From Fimbriosthenelais zetlandica (Eukaryota): a stretch of DNA of 64,000 bases. The stretch spans positions 27,032,001 to 27,096,000 of the forward strand of contig OZ365113.1 of assembly GCA_977030845.1 (NCBI GenBank), given 5' to 3'. The position numbers and the translations under genes were made by a program. A model generated the notes under the pieces. The model made no database searches. It worked only from the letters and a program-made list of their open reading frames with translations, and was not told where the DNA came from. Below are positions 41,425 to 51,923 of the stretch, piece by piece (positions within the stretch are counted from its first letter, which is position 1; each line of letters starts with the position of its first letter).

Positions 41425-44177
41425 TGTTACTGTCTTCACATCAGACAGATGGGAAAGGACACTTAATTATCTCCAAACAGAATGACCCCATTTTGGAGGT
41501 TGTTGAGTCTGTTGACAGGATGCAGTCTCTTTAGTGTGAACCACATCTATGTGTTATAGGCCTACTTAACAATTTTTAAATATTTCTTTTGTACAATTTC
41601 CTCTATAATTGTATACTGTAGACTGATTTAGCTTCATTTCCTTAGTATGTAGTGTAAGGCAGTTCTTTTGCAGCTATGTTTCCCCTAGTTTCCGACGGAG
41701 TTTCCCAGTCAGAAAATAGTACATAGGCCTATGTTCAGAAATTTGTTACAAATAAATGAGCTATCAGTTTATGAGAACATAACTACAGATGCACTTATAC
41801 ACTTCAGTCCCTTCTGCTGATAATGGGGAAAATAACTCTTAGTTGATTATTTTGGTGTAACTCATTGTTTACATTGTGAACACACACATACAACCTGTTA
41901 TGACACATGTAGGCTTGTAATGGCCATATCATTTTTCATCAATGACCTGTCTTTGTAGGAATAAAGAATATAGGTTAATAAAATTGATTGAAATCCACAA
42001 TGTGTTTCATTAACATATCTCATCATTTATTACTAGCTGAATAATTTCACTGAAGTACTTCATAAAAAGGGAAACTGAAAGATAATGTTTCCTAATAAAA
42101 TATTGTTATACAATGCTCAGATCTATAATTTTTGACATAGGCGATAGTTTCTTCAATAAGACACGCACCTTCAAAGCGTAAGCTTAACAATAATGCATGG
42201 CTCGCATCATTTACAAAATACACAACCCCTGAAGCTCAAACCAGAATGTGAAGAAAACTTCATTAGAGAAAACAAGAGCACAATAATGAACAATAAACCG
42301 TTACTGTGATAACAAAATTATCTCTTATGTGTTCTGTAAATGATATGGAAAACAGATCTCTTTTGATATGAAGTCCTACCCAGAAGAAGATTATAAATAT
42401 GAATTTTCTTATTCATCCCTGTCTACCAACAGTTAGTAGGTATCAATATAATGCAAGTAATTTCCTGCAAGTTCAACTTCTGTGAATGACCTCTTAACAA
42501 GTTTACAGGCACAAGTGTGTAACAGACAAAAATACACTGTATATATAATATTTCTGCAGCAACATCTCACAAACTTTAGACTAACATCCCTGTTTCTAAC
42601 TGAACTAATCTAGATCCTAGTTCTAATTAGATATCCTTTAAAAATCTGGTCTACGGTCTTTACCTTTTTAATTAGAATAACATTTCTAGTGGGTGGCCTA
42701 ACGCTAAACTCTACCTTTATTACTATTATTATTTTCTCATTGCACCCATACAACATTCAATGAATGTACACATCCAAGGAAACTACCACAACATATTTAG
42801 AAGAGCCTATGTTAAATTCTCTTTGATTTTCAATCAGCTAGCTACAGTCATGTAAAAATGTCCACCTTTATATCCCATCTCCAATAATTTTATCAGATTC
42901 TGAAGTACTTCAACACCTAGATGGCAAACAAGTGGCGACACGAATTTCTAAAAAGGAAGTAAATAATTTCCAAATATAGCCATGTGTACAAAGTACTTTG
43001 CGCTTATAATGTACAGTGGTGAAGGAATATATAATCAGTTAGTGCCCATTTTTTCTCCAGCAGCTACTACAGCTGGCATGTCTATTAAAATAAGATGATG
43101 TTAACACCGGCACAATCTAACCTGAGACCAATCAATTAATGGTCCTCGCTCCTTACGTATTCAATGGGGGCCAGTTATAGTGTTAACACCTAATAGCAAC
43201 AAAAAACCTAATGATGTGAAGTCTCATATCTAAAAATATAACATAATCCAGCATATCATGCATGAGAGCACAAAAGTGCCAAGGCACCATTTTAGCCATT
43301 GGATGGAATTTTTTTTAAGCCTTGTGTTCAACGTACCATTTCTTGACGTACATCATTTGGACCGTCAATGGTTTGTTGGAAATTAACTGACCATTCATTG
43401 AAATACACCAAGAAATCAGCCCAGTGTACACAAGGCTCTAAATCACAAGACTTATAGGGTTCATCCACGAGTAGCCATGCTTTTTCTTAATAGGAGGTTC
43501 TGCAATGCCAAAGTTAACAAAAAGCAACTACACAAGTAAATGCAGGTTGAAAAGACTGTGGCTCACCCCTAAAACACTGTCATCTTGTGTGTACACAACC
43601 ATACTGCCTTTTCTCTGATATTTTTGAGAAGTTCTCTCTTCATTCAATGAATTATCAATAGAATCCCTATATATATTCAGAATGAATTGCATGGAATTTC
43701 TAAGCGACGTTTGTCTTTTTCAAAGAAAAACACCAGCTTCATGTCATCATGAACAACCGACCAAAGAAGTTTCTTTAAATCCATCAATATAGATAACCTA
43801 TTGTATTCATATAACTAATGTGGACAAACGCTAAGCGAGACAGGTTCGTGAGAATCGAACATACATTAACAACCCTGTAGGCCTACTGTTAAATATAATC
43901 TTCAAGACTACAGAACTGATGCTTCAGAGAACTTCGAATGAATGAATTTTGATAACAATTCCATATACTAATACTTATGATCCAATCTAAAGGAAACCTA
44001 TCATTCAATACCTACAAGTATGAAGTTTCGGATTAGACACAGAGCACGAACAAGAACTAACCTATACTGGATGCTGAGACTGAATGTTGTAATCAATAGC
44101 TGAGAATTGCTGGTGTAGATATATAGGTATACCCTTCTGTCTATAGGGGATGTGATAGTTTGGGTTTATTTTTGTCT

Positions 44178-44324
44178 TTAGTAAACTTGAGGGCCTTGTT
44201 CTACAGTAGAGGAGGTGGTGGTAGTTGTCGTGGTTTGAGCAGTGTCCGTTTGTCCAGTTCTCCAAGCACGGAACTGGAAGAAAGTGTCCACAGCATAGAC
44301 AGCTGTAGCGGCAAATGCGAAGAA
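44178..44324 (-). CDS. MARVEL alternative terminal exon 5b
   Basis: 147 nt including stop, acceptor ttttgcttttccag; FFAFAATAVYAVDTFFQFRAWRTGQTDTAQTTTTTTTSSTVEQGPQVY*. Confidence 0.88.
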   Translation of the reverse strand, partial: FFAFAATAVYAVDTFFQFRAWRTGQTDTAQTTTTTTTSSTVEQGPQVY

Positions 44325-47300
44325 CTGGAAAAGCAAAAAAGAAAAAGAAATATGAACAATCAAATATCTATATTAAATCAAATCAAATCCTTCTATTCAA
44401 TCAGTATTCTTGATTCAACAGTTTTATGCAATCTGAAATATAAAATTCTAAAATCATTACTGAAGAGACAAGGCACATGCTATACATAATTCAAGGAAAC
44501 ACATGATATTTTTTAGAGACTTTTTGATTTGATAACGTCACAGAACATGGTGCAGTGCCAGATATTTCTACCATTTCAGAATAGAGGATGTAATGTAGGA
44601 TATTTTTTAACACGAAACCCAATTTATTCTTTTGTGTGATGCATATTATCGTTTTGGACATTTAAGTCTAAACCCAAGTACTCGAGTGAACAGTATTATG
44701 TCACTGGAATGGTAAAAGGTGAACAGTGAGAATGAAAGAATGATGGAAATCTCTGATTGAATATTTCCTCAAGCAAGGATTTGTATGCAAAGATAGTTTA
44801 CTTTTACTTGTCAAATCTAAATTTTAGTTACATTATGTGCTGTTATAAGTGTTCTGTATATGTGATGAATTTGGAAAATATAACTGTGCAGAATCCTATT
44901 CAAGCAATAGGAGGATGAATAATATGGATTATAGGTCCTAGAGATAATTCACAGCAAGATTAAAGTATACATGTATCAACAGAAATCAAGGCCTAGACAA
45001 CAGCAATAAATATCTGTTTAGAATGGTGACATCTTTTTAGGGGTAGATCCACTGAGCCTGATTTATAAATCTAAGACATCTTAAAAGTAGCTATATATTA
45101 TTTTAATTCCTTAGACTGTTCATCAATTGCAAAATAGTCATTTTAGTGGCACCGATCAAAAGGTGGAATCCAAGGCCCTAGCATATAGGCACATACCACT
45201 CGTTGCCAAATACACTAAATAGAGCTTGGCCACACTCGGCAATAAATTAAGATTTTCAAAGTCAGACTTTAGCATTTACATCCAATACTTTGGACTTGGG
45301 ACGTTCTACCATGCACCACCAGGCTTCTTGGTCATTTCCACTCCAACCATTGATTGCTGTCCTTGGTGGTAGCCAGACTAAAATGTAAATGCATTGGTCT
45401 GAAAGATTGGGCAGACAGTGACCAGATAGCTTAGACAGGTCAGAACGACCGACATATAACTCACTCCCATAAGACTATGTTTTCTCTTTATCTTTTGGGC
45501 ATCTTATCAGTGGATCTTCCCCTTTACTCAGCTAAAACACTCTAAAAGACTGACAAATACCTTATATGTGCACTAAAGGCTAATGTGGAAAACACACAAA
45601 ACACATAAATGGTCCTGACACAATAACTCTAGCAGCCGACCACCAGGAATCTGGGTCTGTCTGATTTAGAATTAGTCACATTAAAATAGCTTTAAGGGCT
45701 TTGAAATTATTGATATAAAGCATATTTGGATCTCCTTTTGGTCGGCTGATGGAAACATTGAGTCGGTTAAGACCTTGGTTAAATTTGAATGGAAAAGTAT
45801 CAGGTTTAGGGTCAAGAAAAGGAAGGTCATCTGAAAGTGGAAAACGAAAGTTTTCCAAGACAAGTCAAAACTGGTCTCTTCGATTCTTGTACTGAAAAAT
45901 TGACTGCACTTTCAAAATGACCTCCTTGTTAAAAGTGGACATAGGTGATTAGGCCAAATGCACACAAAACATTTAGGGAACAATATATATACGGGGTTTA
46001 GAAGCGCGGATCAGCAGCAGTAGGGCTATGGGCTGGAGCGGGACTATTAGATGTCCCGGAATCGCTCGCCCTGGACAATTTGATTTGACGGAATCTCATG
46101 AAAGTGTCTACACCATAGACTCCTGTTGCAGCAAAGGCAAAGAACTGCAAGGCAATACAAGACAATGGATCAAAAAATTAAGATGTGGAAAAAAAGTGTA
46201 TTCATTTTAATGATAATCAATAATATGCTTCAAATTTGTGTTTATACCCTCACTGCAAACCAATCTTTATGTACGCAAACTGCAGTGCACGGCCTACCTA
46301 TTTCGTTATTAAACTATTTTGCAATCTGTGTAATCTGTGTAAAACAACTATGTCATGTCGAAAGGCAACATGTTCATCAGCTTTTATTGTGAATTATATA
46401 TTCTAAATATCTCGATTCATGCTTACAACAATTTGGATACTGACACAGTGGAAAAGGGACTTACCGCAGAAGCTCCTATTGCACTATGGAGGCTCGCTTT
46501 GGCTGCACACACGATGGCTGCTATCAGGAAGAAAAGTGTGAAGACACAGTAGTAGATGAATTCCTAGAAGAACAAAATCAAAGGACGGTTAACTAAGTGC
46601 ACATAAATCGTGTGAATTTTATATAATCTCAGGAGAATTTCATAGATGATATTTTCAAGCTTATTGGAAAGAGTACAATTCCCAATCAATGTATATGTGT
46701 GTAAACCGACTTCGGAGAAAATTTAAGATGCAAAAAGATGGCTATAAACTTTATGATTTATATGTATGTCTACATTATTGTGGTAAAGCAACTAAAATGT
46801 GTAATTAGAGATATGTCAAAACTACCAACAACATTATAAATTGTTATTTAACAAAAGGTTCTTGAGTTCTGCATGGCAGTGCATGCATGATACAAATTGT
46901 TAGTAAGATTAGTAAAGTGAGAAAAGCTTAAGGAGATGAGGTTTTCTGGAGTGACGCAATCTAATCACTAGCTTCATAATTCTTTGGTCTTTGGATAAAC
47001 GTCTGCTTACAACAGTTGTCTTTTCAATGAAGATTTTCGTTACTCCTAGATGTCGAATGACAGACTTCAGTCAATTATGGGTAACATGCGCGCCCATATA
47101 GTCGCTTCAGAAAACCTCTACAGGTATAGGATTAGTAATCTACCACCACTTGTTCCAATAAGATACTACATGTATATCAACAACATTGTAAAAATCATCA
47201 AGCAATTAGTTGCATTCTTGCAACTGAAGTAGAACCACATCTATAGTGGATCAAGTAGGCCTACATCAGAATAGTCAGGAGCATATATAGAACACTAAAA

Positions 47301-50300
47301 CATGGAAGTTAATAAAAACTTCATAACAGTTTCCTCTGACTGAGGCAATGCTGGAGGTAGAATGCACACAAATACTAAGTAATTCAAGCAAGTAAATTCA
47401 ATCCAATATTGTTGCATTTTCAGTTATTGTATACTAAAAGACCTCTTCTACTATAATGGTATACCTCTCCGGAAACTTTAGCAGGTTACATATTCCCAGA
47501 CTGTGAACTGGTTCAGATTTGGAATAAGACGAGATAGAAAAAGCAATTTCAACTGTACTTATATATGACCATGAAAGTGGAAAAGATCTTTCAAACTATC
47601 ATCTGAAAGAGAATGTTATCACGGTTCAGCTAGTAGACATGCACTGATCAATGCAGGCGGACCTGAAAAAATGTACAGGCGTGAGGATGTTAAGTCAAAC
47701 CTTCTAACTGATAACTGAAATAAGATGATGTGAGATCTTTCCTCCATTCCTACTTTACATATCACAATGTCTGGCCAGTTGATCCTCATATGGCAAAGCC
47801 AGGATAATTTTTTTTACGGAAAGGCAGATGTACATTTCTAGAATTGTTAATTTTTTTATTTGGGATAAGGAGTAATCACAATTATTTCATAATTAATGAA
47901 GAATTAGTAAGGGAACAAATCAAATGAGGAAGAGGGGGAAGGAGGAAGAGGGGGAAGGAGGAAGTGGGGAAGGGAGGAAATCCGACCAGACAATGTACCA
48001 AGGCCAATATAATATATTTTGTACTTCAAAGGCCTTTGTAGTCGAAACTCTATGCAAGACAACTAAATTATGAAACTCCTTAGAAACAAGCTGTAAGTAT
48101 GACAATTGAATGAATCTTAAACAATCTAGTATTTCTCAAATATCTTTCCAATGTGCAACTAAGTCATGGGTACAGGCAGGCACGGGCAGCAATCACTAAG
48201 TCTGTGTCAGTGAGGACCCGCTCATGGTGCTGACACTGTACTCACAATGAGCAACCAGGGCCCCGGTATACGGCTGATAAGGTTGAGCAGGTGAAGGACG
48301 ACATTGAGAATAGTGGAGAGAAATGCTGACATGGCCACAAACTGTGTCCATCCCTGACCAGATCCCCATATACCCACACAGGCACAGATAAATGTGATGA
48401 TACTCAGGATCTGAAAAAATAGTCATCAAAACTGGCCTGTTAGTGATCGTCGGCCTGGATAGAAATGAATTGAAATGATGTTGGCCTGAACCTGTGTAGG
48501 CATTGCGAATTGTGGTCCTCAATTGCTTGCTTTTCAACCGCTTTCCCTCTGTGAACAAATGGATGCAAAATGGTGATTATTCGAGAAGAAATGAGCAGTT
48601 GAAAAATGCAGTGATTTTATTCAAGGAATAGAAAAAATATTTTAAATTGAACCCAGGAAATCGTTTGAAAAATACATGCAGAAATTAAACAAATTTTAGT
48701 ATTATTTAAAATTATTAATCATTGGATAACTAAAAGGTCAAGAGCGATAAAGAAGTATTCTTTATATTCCTTGAATAGCTTCATGCGTTCATCAATGTGT
48801 CTTGTCGCTGTAAGCAAGCAATTATGACCTCCACCTCTGGATCCTGCAGTCCAGAACAGTTTGGGGTGAGACTTACGATGAGAACACGTTGCCCAGGTAT
48901 TCTGTTGTAAACGCCAATCAGATACATGATGAAAAGGACCAACGTAGTGAGGCCAGCTGTGCCTGCCACAAAGATGACCCAACCTGCTCCCGTGTACCCT
49001 CTCACAAAACTACAGATGAGTACAATAATATCCAAAGCCTGGTGTTGATGGTCATTCACAGAAAAAATAAAAGGTATATTATAGGGGAATGAATATTAAG
49101 TCACTGCTGTGAGTAGGACATTTTGGATTAAGATCAGATTTGAGGTTGGAAGAGAGGTAGACACGTGGGTTGGGCTGACAGGAAGAGAGGTAGACACGTG
49201 GGTTGGGCTGACAGGTTTCATGGGAGACACATCTGAAATATTAAACTGATTTATTTTTTATATTATTTGATAAGATCTGAAAAGTTGAATTTCTCCATTA
49301 ATCACCATTATTAGTAAGGAAAAAATGAATTAAATCAAAGTGATGACAAAACCATGCATTGGATATGGCACCTTGTTCCAACATGCATTCACCCTGGATT
49401 TTTGTCATAGATCTATAATACATAAGTGTATACTTTTCTGCTAAAACGAAAGGTGAAGCCCCTTGGCAGTCGTGAATCAAGCATGGAGGATAGTCCACTT
49501 TCATAATTATCCGATGCATATATATAAATATAAGAGAGGGAAGCAAATAATATTCAAGGAATTCATCTTGATACAACCGAATAATAACCCAAAAGCTACA
49601 CTAAACAAGGATCATTGCCATCGGATCCGATACCATAGGAATAATAACAGGGTTCCCAAAAGTCCATGAAAACAGAATTCCCTGAGTTTTCCCTGATTTT
49701 TCCCTGACTAAACCCGTAAATTCCAGGAGATAGTTTAGTCATGTGGAGCACTATGAACTTCAGTGGCGGGCATGGGATTGTACTCGTCAATGTCCGAAAT
49801 ATTATCCTTCTTAGTAAATGTTGAAATTCCCTGAGTTTTCCCTGTTTTTTTCCCAGTTTTTCTCAAATTCCCTGAGTTTTCTTATTGTATAATTTCGATG
49901 TATTCCTTGTATATTGCAACAGCTTCTGTGAAATATTATATCCCTCATGCAAAGCATTAACCAAAACCTCTGGACCTCACAGCCCCACCCGGAGCACTTA
50001 CAATGATGTGAACGGGCCCGGGTAATCTGCTGTAAACGCCGATGAGGTAAAAGACGAAGAGGATGGCTGTTGAGAGCAATGCTGAGCCAGCCACAAAGAA
50101 CACCCAGCCAGCTCCTGGATAGTTCCTCACTACATTGCAGATGACCACGATAAGTGACAATACCTATAAACAGCAGGCGTGAAGAGGGGAAGAAAAGGGA
50201 AGGAAATATCTTGGTTTAAATAATCTGAATTTGAAATGCATCATTACGTTCCAATCAAATGGAGTCATCGCCGATATGGGGTGGAAAGATAAAAAAAAGA

Positions 50301-51901
50301 CAAAAAAGAAAAAGAATCAGTAGATGGTCTTGGAGTTGCTTTGGCTTTCTCATCTGAAAAGAATTGCTTGAAATGAAATAAGAATAAGGAATGGGATCTG
50401 AAAAGTGGGTGAATTAGAATAAAGTATAAATTAGGTTAGGATTACACATTATCACACTGGTGCAGTCAATCACGCCACTACATAGAAGGAAAACACCACG
50501 ACCACAGAATAATGTGCTGACTGTCCATAGATACAAACTACACCAGACAATAACCCCTACTCCCGACACCAGAGGGTAGCACTTCCAGCACGAGCAGCTC
50601 AGTACCCAATGAGTAACTCCCTCTGGTGCGTCCACAAGTGCAGCTGGCCACTTACGATGAGAGTCCATGGTCCGGGAAGTCGACCGTAGATACCGGTGAG
50701 GTAAAAGATGAAGAAGATGAGGGTGGTGAGGAAGGCGGTGATGGACACAAATAACACCCAGCCACCACCGTGCGGTTGCCAGTTAGGCACCACCGCACAG
50801 ATGAAAACGATGATGCCCACGACCTGCTCATCAAGGATGCCACAACAAGGGAGAGGTGGTTTGAGACAGTTAGAAATAGCTTTAAAATCATCCAACTCTG
50901 TAATCATCCAGGAGCTTTCCATTTGGAAAAGCCCTTTGGATAATTGTCATAATTTATAATTATCAAAACAGGATGATTATTTGCTGAAGTAACATGAATT
51001 CCAAAAGGACTTTTTTGCGTTATTGTAAAAACAATGTGTAATATATGGGCTCAAGTTACAGAACATTTAAATTCAATAGCAGCGTGATGTTCTCTCATAT
51101 ACATGACAAATAATTATATGGAATAGAATGAGACATTGGTCTGTGAGAGCTGATGGTTCGCACGAAGGGTGAGGAAATGCAGATAATCGTGAGAGGGGAA
51201 GCCACGAGCGATTATCTGCTTTCCTTCACCCTGAGCGCGACCCATCAGCCCGATAAATGAATCCCATCGTTGAATTAATTGTAGAAGTTCCGCTGTCTGT
51301 CGACACAGCAAGGGAAAAACTAACTGAAAATAAAAACTTATGAGTCCGGAAATAGGGAACCATTAAGTTTTCATCGACAAAACGCCAATATTTCATTTGT
51401 CTGCTAATTCTAAACCATTTGTCTTTATGGTAAAATATTAAAAGTTATAATCCGTAAAGCGTTTCTCTTGTTAGATTAAAGGGATTATCTGTACCTTATC
51501 TGTTAAATTTCGATGTGAACCAATATTAGATATTTAAAATATTAAAATCACTTACTGGACTGTAAAAATAACAGGTGATATAATACTTACAATCTCAACA
51601 ATTTCCAGTATTCCAGGTATTGTGAGCAGGTATTATCTGTTAAATTTCGGTGTGATCCAATAATATCACAGATTAAAAAATCTACATCACAGATTAAAAA
51701 AATTAAAATCACATACTGGATAGTCAGTTATTAGTCACAAAAATGATAGTTATAGGTGTTGTAAAGCGATATAATACTTACAATCTCAACAATTTTCAGA
51801 ATGCCAGGTATTGTGCGCAGGTATTCTGGATGAAGGCCTATTGTTGTCCCTGAACTTGAAGACGTTGTCTTCGTCTCGTATGTCGTTGGCATATCCGCCA
51901 T
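44178..51901 (-). CDS. MARVEL-domain four-TM protein (plasmolipin/CMTM/MAL-like) with alternative exons
   Basis: Coding exons, all phase 0: 51901-51782 (MADMPTT...YLRTIPGILKIVEI); one of 50823-50656, 50163-50002, 49038-48877 or 48410-48246; then 46563-46465 (EFIYYCVFTLFFLIAAIV...); then 46144-45998 or 44324-44178 (FFAFAAT.VY.VDTF). MARVEL signature elements: LRT.PG.LK..E, GWV.FV, PW...E, YxxD. Confidence 0.9.
45998..46144 (-). CDS. MARVEL alternative terminal exon 5a
   Basis: 147 nt including stop, acceptor ccttgcag; FFAFAATGVYGVDTFMRFRQIKLSRASDSGTSNSPAPAHSPTAADPRF*. Confidence 0.82.
   Translation of the reverse strand, partial: FFAFAATGVYGVDTFMRFRQIKLSRASDSGTSNSPAPAHSPTAADPRF
46465..46563 (-). 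CDS. MARVEL exon 4 (single copy, TM3 and loop 2)
   Basis: 99 nt, ttcttctag|...|gtaagt; EFIYYCVFTLFFLIAAIVCAAKASLHSAIGASA. Confidence 0.88.
47926..47978. repeat. Purine-rich 16-bp tandem repeat, about 3 copies
   Basis: GAGGAAGAGGGGGAAG units. Confidence 0.85.
48246..48410 (-). CDS. MARVEL alternative exon 3d (its reading frame is not in the ORF track)
   Basis: 165 nt, ttttttcag|...|gtgagt; ILSIITFICACVGIWGSGQGWTQFVAMSAFLSTILNVVLHLLNLISRIPGPWLLI. Confidence 0.85.
48877..49038 (-). CDS. MARVEL alternative exon 3c
   Basis: 162 nt, cag|...|gtaagt; ALDIIVLICSFVRGYTGAGWVIFVAGTAGLTTLVLFIMYLIGVYNRIPGQRVLI. Confidence 0.85.
49149..49214. repeat. Perfect 33-bp tandem duplication
   Basis: GAAGAGAGGTAGACACGTGGGTTGGGCTGACAG x2. 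Confidence 0.95.
49648..49881. repeat. Small element with three copies of AATTCCCTGAGTTTTC, probably a non-autonomous transposon fragment
   Basis: Copies at 49676, 49825 and 49866. Confidence 0.6.
50002..50163 (-). CDS. MARVEL alternative exon 3b
   Basis: 162 nt, tag|...|gtaagt; VLSLIVVICNVVRNYPGAGWVFFVAGSALLSTAILFVFYLIGVYSRLPGPVHII. Confidence 0.85.
50656..50823 (-). CDS. MARVEL alternative exon 3a
   Basis: 168 nt, cag|...|gtaagt; VVGIIVFICAVVPNWQPHGGGWVLFVSITAFLTTLIFFIFYLTGIYGRLPGPWTLI. Confidence 0.88.
51150..51248. mobile_element. Palindromic foldback element (MITE-like) in MARVEL intron 2
   Basis: The arm CTGATGGTTCGC..AGGGTGAGGAAATGCAGATAATCG has a near reverse complement ending at 51248. 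Confidence 0.55.
51591..51632 (-). pseudogene. Partial duplicate of the 3' end of MARVEL exon 2 (pseudo-exon)
   Basis: YLLTIPGILEIVEI|gtaagta versus YLRTIPGILKIVEI|gtaagta. An in-frame TAA lies immediately upstream. Confidence 0.75.
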
Positions 51902-51923
51902 TTTGAAGTTTTATTATTTTCAC
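51782..51923 (-). CDS. MARVEL gene exon 2 (start codon at 51901, N-terminus and first half of TM1)
   Basis: Acceptor ttttccag and donor gtaagta; 40 codons MADMPTTYETKTTSSSSGTTIGLHPEYLRTIPGILKIVEI. Confidence 0.9.

Noticed and set aside
49607-49625. GGCAATGATCC(T)TG match to the 21.5-22.7 kb array motif
   Set aside because: The match is only about 14 bp with no flanking similarity, which is compatible with chance.
50414-50655. Hydrophobic ORF downstream of cassette 3a as a fifth cassette
   Set aside because: It lacks the IC...GW..FV...R.PG pattern and suitable splice sites; it is intron read-through.
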